A stretch of 63,485 bases of DNA, the filler included, from Collodictyon triciliatum (Eukaryota): assembly GCA_043381765.1 (NCBI GenBank). It is 5 parts of 5 records of this genome, joined end to end, with 100 filler letters (N's around TTAATTAATTAA, not from the genome) between each part and the next. Parts side by side here need not be neighbours in the genome. Positions count along the whole stretch, not along the records: positions 1 to 12,621 come from JBHJMP010002135.1; 4 more parts are not named here. One strand, written 5' to 3'. Of this stretch, positions 1-12,721 are shown piece by piece. How positions within the stretch are numbered: position 1 is the first letter of the stretch; the number at the start of each line of letters is the position of its first letter. The position numbers and the translations under genes were made by a program. The notes under the pieces were generated by a model. That model did no database searches and was not told where the DNA came from. It saw only the letters and a list, made by a program, of their open reading frames with translations.

Positions 1-229
1 TTTTTTATGTTTTTTTATGTTTTTTATGTTTTTTTATGTTTTTTTATGTTTTTTTATGTTTTTTTATGTTTTTTATGGTTCTATGGTTCTATGGTTCTAT
101 TCTTATTTAGTAAGCTAAGACTGTCTGTGTGTTTAATAAGGCATGACCGAGTATCGCAATTAGTAATTTTTGTTGCATATTTTTTTAAATATTCAAGAAT
201 TTTTATATTTTTCAATTGTAAAATTAAAG

Positions 230-3200
230 TATATCTGAGCCATACCCAAAGTGAGAGACTGGCCAATACGAGAATACATGTGATTCCTGTGAGGACGAAG
301 TAAATTAGATTTGTAGCGACGCCCCCAATCGGCAAAAGGCCTGGAACGGCGGATAAACCTGGTTGTGTAATAAAAAAAAATATACGTTTCATTTCCTTGA
401 ATATATAATGGATATATCAATGATAGGAAAGCTTCCATAAATTTTGTACAGTTATATAAACTGTGAGTACAGATGTGAGAGAAACTTACACACGGATGTA
501 ATTAAAAAAGTCAAAAGTTCCCACGGGAAAGCATCATATTGTTCGTATAGAAAATATGAGTCTGCTACTGGGAAGATGTCTCCAGTGATTTCAAATTTAT
601 CCTGGATACTCGAAATGGATTTCCTGATTTTGTTCTATTTTAGACAATCAACTACCATGCAAATATATGTTGAATATTCCAAAACCGTCCATGACATGAT
701 TTTGTGGAGTTTTGATCTAAGATAAAATTGAGAAGGAAGGTAAAAAAAAATTCGAACCTAAGATTATTGATATATGACGAAGCTGCACTGTTCTGCCTGA
801 TATTCGCGAATCTAGCTCTTATTCTAGAACCTGAATCGAGTATGTAAATAACTCAGTATTTCATTTTAAGCTACATTAAATTTGTAATTCGCATTGCACA
901 GAACTGATTATCACTTTTCTTTTTTGTTAGAAGCAAACTTCATGACCAATTAAATTCAGTATATCTGCGGAAATTACCAAGAATGTATGATTTGTCTGCA
1001 TTGAATTGAACATCGCCACGAAATCCTATGCTTGATGTGTTCCCCATAAAGTAACCGAGCCAAACGTAGAAATTTGCGTTCAAAGATGCCTCGTCGCTAG
1101 TTTTACATTTTTTCTTTAACTCATGTCATAGAAAATTATTATAACACAACTACTAATATATAAATCGTTTTATTATTTCCGCGCATACCATGGAGAAGGA
1201 CAAATATGCGAAGAGCTCAGCCAGCTAAGATAGCTGGAATACCACGATGTATATGAGGAGGCGTGAATGTATTCATCAGACTGTATTTTTTCCTCGAATT
1301 CCTGTTGGAAAATGAATTATCAAAATTACGCGATGGTGTATGAACAACGCGTTTCGAATAATTGTTTCTGGGCATCAGTGGTTAACAATTAAAAGAAAAC
1401 CTTCATAAACAGCCGAGACTTGGGCTGTTTGAAATCAACACCTTTGAGATAAAAATGAGCTTCATAACCGCGAGAAGGAAAGAACTCGTCTTCTATATGT
1501 AAGAATTTTCTATACCCCGAGTTTCCATTCACTAACCTAGTGACAAAATTTATGTGAGCTCACAACATGGTAATGTAATAATGCAGGAATAAAGTCATAC
1601 TCTAATGGCTCAATTCCAGACTCTAGGTCTATGATTGTGTATATGGAGAAGCCAAGGTAGCCAAGCATGATGGAGACCTGTATTCAATCAATGTATTTTG
1701 TAATTATAAGGTTAAGAAAGAGAATTATAAAGAATAAATTTAAAGTATGGACATAAATACACAGGCTAATACACCGCACGAGGGTATGTGGTACAATTGA
1801 TAGATATTTGGAATATTCAACTCACCATTCCAATTCTAAATGCCATTAAGCTAATAATATTCCCATAAAGAACTCCAAAGAAATAAGACTCTTTGCTTTG
1901 CTGATTGGATGTCGTGTGATTGCTTTTTCTAAAAAACGGAATGCAGTCGAATCGAGCACCCTATGACATGTTGATGCGTATAAATACGAATATCTGTCCA
2001 TTAGGAGGAATGCAAGTGTCATAGAAAGAAGAAATACGTTCACTCGATCTATCTCGAATGACAGAAGGACTGGAAAAGTTAGTATTTGATAAACGAAAAG
2101 AACGGCAGTTCCCACGGCATTCTCGGCACAAAAATCCTATAAGTCCCAGAACAAACAAACAAACAAACAAACAAACAAACAAACAAAAAAAAAAGGAAAT
2201 AGAGAAAAAATGAAAATGAAAATGAGGAGGAAGAGGAAAAGTATTTAGTACGTAATAGATATTTGTACATTTCAATAAGAAATTTATAATGAAAATATTT
2301 CCAATGACGATTCAATGATATATCTAACCCGAATAAATGGAAAGCGACTCATTAGTCCGGACAAATAAATCAACAGAACAGAAATGTAAGCCATGATGAT
2401 ATAAACACCAGCATCTAGAAGATATAAAAATTCAGGGGAAATATGATGATATAATTCAGTCTGATAAGTATATAATTTAACTTTTTTTTTATTAGAGTGG
2501 AAATTTCTCACGAGAAAATACAATCCCAACTAGGTGAGGTGTGTCATCAGTGTGTTGAACCCTAGGCGAGAATACCGAAGCAAAGATTATGTATTGGGAA
2601 ATTGTGCATAATTTTGTTACTTTCAAAATCTACTTTGGTTAGACAAGTAAATCGATGATGGTATGGTTTTTTTCGAAGAGTTTGTGCGTTAGAGTAATTT
2701 AGACATACATTAAACTAATTCGTTTCAGAGTTCTCAAAACTAGAATCCCCGAACCCAGTCCGATGAAGATGTGGCTAAAAGCAGTCGAATAGCTGAAGCT
2801 GACGAATGGTTGCCGTCCATAGGCTGAATTCAATTTCGAGTGAAAGGGATGCAATCGATGAATGATGTGCCGAGTGATTATGTGCTGTTCTACATGTACA
2901 ATTCACTAACACTGCATCAGACTGTATGTGCTGAGTATGGATATCCCGATGATGAGGACAACTAAGAAGAAGAAAAGCATGCGAGACTGGACGAAGTCTG
3001 ATCTTATGAACGCGACAATCACAAAGAACTAGTATAATGTAGATTTAATCTGAGGTATAAAAGTTGATTAAATGTGCAACTGTAAAAAAAAAATACCGCA
3101 AATACTGCCAACGTGTTTGTAAATATCATATAATTATCCCTTGGGATGCCCATATACTCGTAATTCAATGTATCCTGGTGTTTAAAAAAAATGCTTGAGT

Positions 3201-4190
3201 AAGTGAGGCATCAATAAATTTTGAATCCTCCTTTTTTTTATTACTACTTTGAGTGATCAGGATTATGTATTCAACTACTTATACTCAAACAACCTTATTC
3301 ATATGTACAACTATGATGCCTAAATCTCCAGCCTCACGGGTTACATTGGACGTTATGTAGTCTGATACTTGCTCTTCCCATTGACGAACACCTTCGGATC
3401 GATCCTCCCTCATGTAGTAACTCCAGTAAAATCCCTTGGCTGAAGATATTACTCTAATAGGGTCAAATTTCAGAATTCATTTGATTTTAACTGAACTCGT
3501 CATTCAATATGTGAGATATGTTGTTTCATAGATGCTGATATTTAAAAAAAAACGTTTCTTGGTTCTAAAAATAATGCTGTAACAGAGGAAAATGGTGCTT
3601 CCAACTCATATTACCCTAGATTCTTGATATTTGCAGGTGAAACAAGAAGATAAGGAGAGTTGAGGAATCCATCAGGGTCTTCGAAATATGAGTTGAGAGT
3701 GAGATATTTGTTTTCATCTTCAATATATTTTGTGCCATTATAATCCCATCTTTGTAGGACATTTTCCACACGACACGAACCATCCTGATAAGTTGAGCAT
3801 AGGCTTTCAAAGTTTTGATTAGAGTTTGACCTAAATGACCTGAAGGCTTTATCCCACCGGCTGATTGCACTCATTATATCGTTTGACAATATATCTAGGT
3901 TTCTCTTTGTAAATATGATGATTTCAGTTTTTCTCGAAGATATGGGATTTTTAGGAAAAGAGTAGCCATAGGTTTTCAGATTCTCCAAGGTAGGGCTCCC
4001 ATCTGGAGTCTGGTTCATGTCGACAAGTAAAGGAAAGCTGTGTGACCATATGATTCCAATAGTAAAGGCTGCTACAAGGAGGACATATGCAAAAAGCATC
4101 AACAGTCGGTACTTGGATGTATAGTAAGCGTAAGATTCCAGAAGTATACTGATTTTGCTATATACAGACGTTGCCAGTCGAACCCATCCG
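230..4190 (-). CDS. Patched/NPC1-family (RND, sterol-sensing domain) membrane protein, multi-exon; C-terminus probably truncated at the scaffold edge; left coordinate approximate
   Basis: Spliced exons give TM1, a luminal CRVENVLQRWDY segment and VRQWEEQV. SSD-like helices follow: VQSRMLFFFLVVLIIGISILSTYSL, SHIFIGLGSG, DFCAENAVGTAVLFVYQILTFPVLLSFEIDR. The NPC1/Patched-like SYFLYEQY motif is at about 530-560. Confidence 0.8.
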
Positions 4191-4444
4191 CTAAACGAAG
4201 AAAAATATACATGAGCCAATTGCGAATATAGCGCAAGCAATTATGGTACATTAATAAAAAGAAATTCACTAAATCAGCATTAAAAATGCAAGCAGAAGGG
4301 ACTCAAAGTAATATTCATTCGATGATGGTAATGATATTATTCAAGATATTAGCCAGATTATTGTGATATCAGGCGATATGAAAAGGCTATGTTAATCCAA
4401 CATGTACACAATTTTTGGTGTGGTTTAATCCTGTGTGTAGTAAC

Positions 4445-5340
4445 CTTCGAGGGTCTGGTGCAGTAAAGTATGCATTTGGAAGGATTCCGCTGAGAGACAT
4501 AGGCTGAGACTTTGGTTGTTCAGGCGCCCATGCTACATTGGCATTCATCGCCTGTATTTCCCGGCACCATATTTTATCATGAGATACAATACTTTATAAT
4601 CAGATAACACAAATATCTAAATATCCAAAACAAAAAAAGGCATGTTTACCGGATTCTCGTATTGCATTAATAAGATTTCTCGGTGGTCCTGACAGATCAT
4701 GCACGAATGGCAACACACACTGGTTACACAATCGCCTATGTCATCATCAGGAAGGCCCTACAGTTTAGTAAAGCACATAAAGGTCAGCGCTTCTGGTGTT
4801 GGTTTGTGAGGATAGCTACTCTAAGAAGGAAATAAACATTAAATTGATGATTATAATCATGTAGAATGGCAAATTTTGGATACAAACTCTCTGCTTTCGT
4901 AATGAGCGACGGGTGAAGAACTCTACTGGACAGAACAGGGCATCGAGCAGACTGTATGGCCTCTCGTCAACATACGCAGCATTTTGTGCACTTAGAACAC
5001 ATGGACATAAGAGCCCCGTGACACCTGTGGGAGAAAAGAATCTATGATTAAATGACTGGGACAGATAGCTACCAGAAGGAAGTAAGAGAATAAATGAAAG
5101 TAAATTGATTTACTTTCAACCCGCTATTGGGGACATTAACGAAGGCTGAAAGTATCATAATCGCGAGAGGCAAAAATAAAACAAAAAATGTATTATTCGG
5201 AAAATCATACAGGAATAGTCGGACATGCAGTCAAATAGGGATGTGCTCCAAGTCTTTTGTGCACTTGCTTGGGGCTGGTACATAGGCGTCCTTTGGCTGT
5301 GTGGTGGCCGCGGGCCGCGCGGGACTGAAGAAGGATACAT
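4445..5340 (-). CDS. PLAC8 (Cys-rich, DUF614) domain exons plus linker, apparently the 5' part of the Patched/NPC1-like gene
   Basis: Exons 5340-5211, 5024-4888, 4757-4650 and 4551-4445 join in frame through GT-AG introns. They encode WSTSLFDCMSDYSCVTGLLCPC...TRRSLRKQRGL...DCVTSVCCHSCMICQDHRE, the PLAC8 signature. Confidence 0.85.
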
Positions 5341-5867
5341 TCTGGCACTGAGGCAATCAAAGCCAATCTGAGCAAAGTTGTGAATGATAAAAAAAAAAAG
5401 CCATTTTTTTGGAATTGAGCGGCCTCCAGAGCCGGCAACCTCTTGGCTACGCAGAATAAGAGCTGGTGCTTTGCGATCCGACGCATTCTGAAAGGCAGGT
5501 TGGTGTTTCCGCTCTCGAAAGTGATTCTCTTTGGTGGTTGATCGGATCCAAAAACTGGCAGAGTTCGAGACAACGGTCATAAACGGATTTGATCCAATGT
5601 GGATATTAAATTTATTTATATTTTCTTATAGATATGCACCTCAAGTATTTCATATATATGTAAAAAATATTATAAATTTAACTAAATTTCATTATGGTAA
5701 AAGATATAAGTGGTGTTACTCTCATGATGCGATACATCATTACCCATCACGCCTTTTCGTCACCGCGCGTGTGCTCTTAGTCACGTGCCCTTTTTGATCT
5801 GTTTGTTTTCAAGGCTCGTGCAGGAAAGGAATGACTATAAGAGGCTGTGTTTTGCATCTTGGTATCA

Positions 5868-6288
5868 ATGGCTTTATCTACAAGCGCTCATGTGCTTGAG
5901 TCGCTCATGCACAAACAGGAGGCCGAAGCCAAAAGGCGCGTGAGCGAGGAAATACAAACCTAACTCGCAAACCTTGGGTTGACCTGTATATCAGAAACCA
6001 GGCAACTATTACTACGAGCGCGGCATGAGAAACCTTCTGATCGGTCTTCTTGAATGGCGCCTCCGTGTACGTCCACACCTGAAGGACAAGTTTGCCAAGC
6101 TTGCGCAAGGACAGCATCCTAATGGTGACTTTAAACTTCTTATCAGCCCCCACTAATAGTCCACCCATGAATCCTTACAACTCTGCACAATCTCTTTGCC
6201 CTAGAGAAAAAAAAAAAAAAGACTGTCATTCTTTAATCGACACAGGAATTGCTGCAGCAATAACACTTTGTTATCTTGTGCACATTTA

Positions 6289-6334
<46 letters not shown>

Positions 6335-7450
6335 CTTACACAACATCACTACCTAAAGAAACTCTGGAGAGAAAGAAGAAAACACAAACACACTTTTCAC
6401 ACTTTGGCATTGTTCCATAGTGCTGTTCATCGGGTGCAGCGACTCTCGTGTTGCCGTCAATGTCTTTGCATCCACCCGCCCTGGAGAAACCTTTGTGATC
6501 CGCAACGTCGGGAATCTCGTCCCGCCAAGCCTCGGCTCCGAGTCACACCAGGACGTGGAGAAAGGGCCGGTCGGCTCTGCCCTCGAATTTGGTATCAACT
6601 CGCTGAGCGTCAAGCACGTCATTGTGTGCGGCCACTCCAGCTGCGGTGCTGTCAACGCCCTCACCAAACTCAACGATGTCAAACCGCATCATCACTATCA
6701 CCACACCCACGGAGAGAACCAACTGGCATCTAGTGATGCAACAAAGACAATTGGTTCGTCTAACATCACCCATTGTAGCGACCTCTCCTCCCCGCTGATT
6801 GATGCTACATCTGTCTATTTAGCCATGCACTCTTTTACGTGTATGCGCGGTTGATAACATGAAATGCATCGCATGCCCTCTTCTACTTCTCTGCGGCACT
6901 TATTCTGTTTGCCACACGCAGGCAGCATCCAACACACATGCACAGACCCGACACACAACCATGGCGCACATCCCGCCCCAGTCATACCCGGCATGCCTGC
7001 AATGACCTCCTGGCTCAAATGGGGCCACCCGACAGCACACGCTTGGAAGGCGGGCGACCGCGTGGACGGGAACAACCGTATGTCTCAGATATGAAGTCGG
7101 CTGGTCGGTTGATTTGCGCTAATTGCAGGAGTACATCATCGATAGACTTGCCTTTGGTGGATCAACTGTCCCAGCTCAATGTGAAGCAGCAGCTGCGGCA
7201 TCTGCAGTCGTACGAGATTGTGAAGCAGAAGGTGGCCAGCAAAGAGCTCAATGTGCATGGCTGGTGGTTTGACATCGGGGCTGCCGCGGTCTACTCGTAC
7301 AACGAGCAGTCGAATCGCTTCCGCTTGATTGACCTCAATGAGGCAAATCGCATCATGGAGAGTGTGGGCGAACCCCCAATCAACCAGGATTTGATGGAGG
7401 CCATGCGCGGCGACGTCCATGACTACGAAACCCTCATCGCAAATGCCTAG
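5868..7450 (+). CDS. Beta-class carbonic anhydrase, about 5 exons
   Basis: Motifs LAQGQHPN|VLFIGCSDSRV, RNVGNLVPP, ALEFGINSL, VIVCGHSSCGAV (Zn ligands C, H, C), NVKQQLRHL and VHGWWFDI are all present. Confidence 0.93.
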
Positions 7451-7701
7451 TGACTAGAAACACACCAAAAAATTGAAATATGAAAAAGTGAAATAAAATA
7501 AAGCATACCTAGAAAACGAAATTTACATTCGTGTCTTAAACACTCGAATAACGGGATCGTTGTCCGGTGGCTTTTGTCTCTCTCACCTTTCCTTCCTTTA
7601 CCGTTCTTTTTCAGATTCTCCCGCTCAACCGGCTGTGTTTGAGGAACGCGCGCCCATTATTGCTTCTCGTAATTGTCTTTTTTTCTTTTTTTTCTTTTTT
7701 C

Positions 7702-7828
7702 TTTATTCTTTTTTCTTTATTCTTTTTTCTTTATTCTTTATTCTTTATTCTTTATTCTTTATTCTTTATTCTTTATTCTTTATTCTTTATTCTTTATTCT
7801 TTATTCTTTATTCTTTATTCTTTATTCT
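7702..7828. repeat. (TTTATTC)n microsatellite
   Basis: Directly visible, intergenic. Confidence 0.95.
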
Positions 7829-8001
7829 TTTTTCTTCCTGATCAGTCAGTTGTAAGAGATGAGCGTTCGAAAGAAAAGGGGCACATGCAGCTTTACTAAA
7901 GAACCACAACAATTGTGTCCAAGGATCTTGAGTAGGAGGTATTCAACCTAGGCCCAAGTTTCACACATACGCCCGAGAGAGCCAACAGACGCACGTAGAG
8001 G

Positions 8002-11000
8002 ATGCAGAGAGAGGATTCTGCTTCGTGGGCAAGTGCAGGGTCGCAGGGTCTGAGGCGCATTCCCAGGGAAAACGAGAATCTCCGAAGTCAGCTGAGAGAG
8101 CCGTCGGTTGGTGGCGCGATGTTATGCTCCCTCACAGCCACTCTGAACCCTTTCATGTATATATAAGTACGCTCCTCTCTGATATTTTCTATTTTACACA
8201 ATAAGCTTGGGGCTGACAAACCGGGACCGACCTCCCAAGAAGCACTGGTCACGGTTGGAATAAGAATAATAATATGCATGACTATTTTTCTATTTAATTA
8301 TTTTTAGCTGAAATATTAAAATGTCATGTATTATTGCCGCAATATTTAAAAATGACAAATTTATTTAAACCCTTTAATCATCCAGCTACAAATGCTCCAC
8401 GCAGCACAGGCTGCGTACTCGAAGTTACAAACAGAGGCAAGTCGATTGAAGCAAATAAACGACGACCAAACAAATAAAATCGAGCAGCTTCAGTATACGG
8501 TGCGTTACAAAAATATTATTGATATTTTTTTTACCTAGCCTTTTCAAAGATTTCTCTAATAAAACATATATAATCCATTTTAAAACGTGGTTTAAACACC
8601 TTATAATACCACGCAATCATCATTATTAGATAGCCTCTTTGTAATTTCGATCATTTTTATCAGAATTATTTTGGCGTATTTTTAAAAGAAAATGATGTAA
8701 TGGAATCAATATTTTATCCATTGAAATGAACCCCTTCCTTACCAATACCTAGGTAACTGAACTAAAAGCTGTTATTGAGGAAAACTTGGATGAACCTAGC
8801 GAATCGAATAAGTCGAAGAAAATACCAGAAGAAGTGCTTTCAAAAATTTTTTGTGAACTTATCAAAAGATTTTAATGTATTACAGTCTCCCCGATGACGC
8901 AATCGTTAAGTACAAAATATAACCATTCTCTTATATCAAGGATTTTCGAAGTCTCCAGGAAACGCTTGCTAAAGTGCAGCTGGAAAAAGCTGAAATATAC
9001 AATCGCTACTACGATTTGCAAGGTTATCCATAATTTAATCTAACACATTTATAGTACCCGACTGACCATTTAACAAAAAAAAAAAAATCGTCATTTATGG
9101 GGGCAGCTGATGATACAAACGTGAGAGCATTTCTTGAAGTGGCTACGATGGCGCTTTATGTATGAGCATTTATCACCCATTAAATGACATGTACTCAATT
9201 GCTCTGACCAATACGACAAGATAGGTTCATGTGTTGATAATCAAAATATTTTCCCAAGACAATAAGGATGTCTGTAGAGACGAATGGATTTGAACTACAT
9301 CTCCCTGAGAACTACACTGATTTATGTAATCCCCTTTTGCCTTATGATACCTTTGGATTTTCTTTTATATTCAACCTGAGAATTTTTTTTATTGAAATTA
9401 AATCTGCATTCATTACTATCAAAATACCGGAAATGTACGACTTAAGCTGAGTGATACAACAACTTTCATTCATTTTACAGATGTCTAACTGAGCTGTCTG
9501 TTCACAAAATATTAAGCATGTGCATAATCACATAGGGGAACCACAACCTTTGAATGAGATAGTAAAGAATATCAAAGATCCGCAACGATACAAAATTTTC
9601 GAAGAGTTTGACGCGCAACTTCAGCTATTTGTCGGTGATTCCATGGCTATTACCCAAAATCTGTTCGACTTACAGCAAAAATCGACAGAAATACCCACCG
9701 ATGACAAACAGCTTCAAGTTGAGATAACCAGTGCAGAGGAGGTTATTTCCTGTGAATTTTTCATTCATCTCGTTTGATTTTAATCTCATTCCAAATCTTC
9801 TCTAGGAAAAGATTAATGAACTTCTTGAAAATGCAATCAAAAGTAGGGATGAGACTGAACTTAAGTTTATTGAAGCTCAAAAGGTCCTAACTTTTTGGGT
9901 GTATGTATGTATGTATGTATGTATGTATGTATGTATGTATGTATGTATGTATGTATGTATGTATGTATGTATGTATGTATGTATGTATGTATGTATGTAT
10001 GTATGTATAGCTTTTCTTTTCTTTTCTTTTCTTTTCTTTTCTTTTCTTTTCTTTTCTTTTCTTTTCTTTTCTTTTCTTTTCTTTTCTTTTCTTTTCTTTT
10101 CTTTTTAGTGAAAAGAATAGCGCTCATTTAGTAAATATATAATCAATTACTGCTACCCTACCAAAACAAAAAATGAGATATTGTTCATTCAAATGGCATC
10201 CAAATGTAGATAATAGCCGACCAACTCAGTGCTATCGATAAAAAGAATCATGATGTCGAAGAAAAGAAAATGCGAATTTCTTTTCTTGAAGCTGAAGTAT
10301 CTCGTTTAATTGAAGACAAGAAAGCTATGGAGGACAAAAAAGTACTAATATATTGTCAAGGAATAGTATTTTTTAAATGAATTAATGATTCATCCGACTG
10401 TAGACTAATCTTTAAAAAAAAACGTGTGTGGCGCACAAATTTTTCTTTTCAAAAGCAAATGGCGCCATCTTTCTTTGAGGAATATGTCGAACTCAAGAGA
10501 GAAATAGTCAGACTAAAGACTTTGTTGGCAGAACAAAAAGTGAAGGTGACAAATCACTTTTATTTGAAGCACATTTGCAAATTGTATTTATATGTATATG
10601 AAGGAGTTTATTTTGATTTAAATCATATGTACACCTTTCACTGATATTTTATTATAACCCACACCTTCATTTATGTTTTTATCTGATAGACTCGAATTCG
10701 TGGGGTTTACGACGGTGAAGGCCGAGACGAAAGCACAGGTTCCAAAAGTCGGACATCAACACCAGACCCATCGAGCACATCCAGTGGGGTTCCTTCCTCG
10801 TTTCCTAATGAACGCTCAAGAATATCACTCCCTGCGCCCGTTGTAAGTATTTATTTATCACACATAAAGCAAATATATATTATTTATCTTTCATGAATAT
10901 ATGGTCTACGAAAAATGATTATTTTCACTTTAATGGTTCAACTAATGCAAAAGAAAGGAAATATCTTTTGTGATATGAAATTATGTGAAATGGTATGAAA

Positions 11001-12001
11001 TTATCTGTAGGGGAAAGTGATGTCATCTGTCCCGAAATATCCGACACTCCACCTTTCAGAAGGACTTCCCCTTCTACCCCAAGCCCGGCGGTGATATTAT
11101 GCTCGCCTCTTAATGTAATTCTTGATTCAAACGACTCATTTTGTTCCATGTAAATTAAGTCCCATTCATTCTGCACACTGCTTTCTTTCCTGGCGGATGT
11201 TTTCTCAGAGCATAACATAACAATTTTCTTTTAAGATGAAGGAATCGAGCTTTATCTATGCGCCAGCAACCCCTGGGATTGAATCATTTTTGTGCATATA
11301 AATCGACTTGAAGTTTTTTTTTTTTAAAAAAAAAACACGTTACCAAGGATACACTAATTGAACTTTTTTTGCAATTTTTTCTGCATTATTTGCACTACCT
11401 TTAAATAATCGTATCCCGATGGTTATTATTTGTATGGAACTAGGCAACTGACGGACGTGTTTATTTCTTCTTCCATGTATTCCCCTTATATACATTTTAT
11501 TGATTTGTCTCTTAGTTATTTCCTCATGAATATCATGGCCTAAGTTATCTAAACATGGTGGAATTAATATGTTCCGGACGAGGTTTCCCAATCGATAGGC
11601 AATTAAATTAGCGCATGAAAGAATGCATACGAATAATGACACCTGAGAGCTAGAAATATACCTGTTTTTTTTTTGTTATTTTTTTGTTATTTTTTTGTTA
11701 TTTTTTTGTTATTTTTTTTTGTTTTTTTAGTATTACAGAAGCTACATACTCGAAAAATCACCGATGATGGTAAATCTTTTAATTCGCTGCGCTGGTAATT
11801 TTTTTTTTTTATTTATTTGGTAAATCCTTGTTTGATGTTTTAATGATGTCGATAAGCCGACCAAACTTCATTATTTTTGCCTTGCTTTAATCATATATGG
11901 TTTTTTTTTCCCTTTTTCTTATTATCATCAGGTTCACATGCTGGCTGATGGAAGATTTCTCTCCTGGATTTGTTGGGGTAGGCCTATTGTCGCTTCCTTA
12001 A
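8002..12001 (+). CDS. Multi-exon coiled-coil/Ser-rich protein of unknown family; boundaries uncertain
   Basis: Splice-flanked open segments with heptad character (SFFEEYVELKREIVRLKTLLAEQK, RISFLEAEVSRLIEDK) and a Ser/Pro-rich tail; no recognisable domain. Confidence 0.45.
9901..10105. repeat. Compound microsatellite (GTAT)n + (CTTTT)n
   Basis: Directly visible, intronic. Confidence 0.95.
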
Positions 12002-12470
12002 AATATTTCTTTTATAAAACTAATTCGTCCTTATCGTGACTTGATTTATAAAATATGCTCGCCCTATAATCAAACAGTAAGTCTATTTTAAGCCTATAAA
12101 GTATAATTAAACTGCGACGGAGCCGCGCTTAATTAAAGTTGATATGTAAGTGTATACTATTCCAACTACTGGGGATAACGTCGAAAACTTAATCCAAGAA
12201 ACTCATTCATGTAATCCCAGGTCGCTGCTTTCCTTGGGAAAACGCCACAAAGAGCTGGAGAGATACGGCGAAACCAAGATTCCATGTCCGTTCCAAACTT
12301 TCCGCCTCTCCGCCCTCACGCATTCTGGGAATGTGGTGTGCAATGGGCTGGGAATATCCACATTAGTACAATTCTTATCGTTCTCAGAACGGAGACCTGG
12401 TATATACACACTGCCCAGAGCCCTGGAGATTTCTCCCCGCCTGACGTCCACGCGTCATCCCCACGTCCAA

Positions 12471-12536
12471 CAAGACAGCAAGCAAGACAGCAAGCAAGAC
12501 AGCAAGCAAGACAGCAAGCAAGACAACAAGCAAGAC
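12471..12536 (+). repeat. 12-bp tandem repeat (CAAGACAGCAAG), about 5.5 copies
   Basis: Directly visible; precedes an ATG at 12537 whose ORF is cut by the scaffold end. Confidence 0.9.
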
Positions 12537-12621
12537 ATGAGAACATCCCACTTCGATGAAGACATCACGCAGCCCGCTCTGACGAGCACCTTCCGCAACG
12601 AAGCAGCCCTTCGACGAGGAT

Positions 12622-12721
12622 NNNNNNNNNNNNNNNNNNNNNNNNNNNNNNNNNNNNNNNNNNNNTTAATTAATTAANNNNNNNNNNNNNNNNNNNNNNN
12701 NNNNNNNNNNNNNNNNNNNNN
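12622..12721. other. Artificial scaffold spacer N44-TTAATTAATTAA-N44
   Basis: Palindromic 12-mer with stops in all six frames; identical 100-nt unit occurs four times. Confidence 0.97.

Noticed and set aside
5780-5788. GTCACGTG E-box/CLEAR-like site upstream of the NPC1-like gene
   Set aside because: Single short imperfect site that also occurs near 17064; no statistical support.
12471-12536. Tandem repeat as CRISPR-like array
   Set aside because: No unique spacers, 12-bp unit, eukaryotic context.
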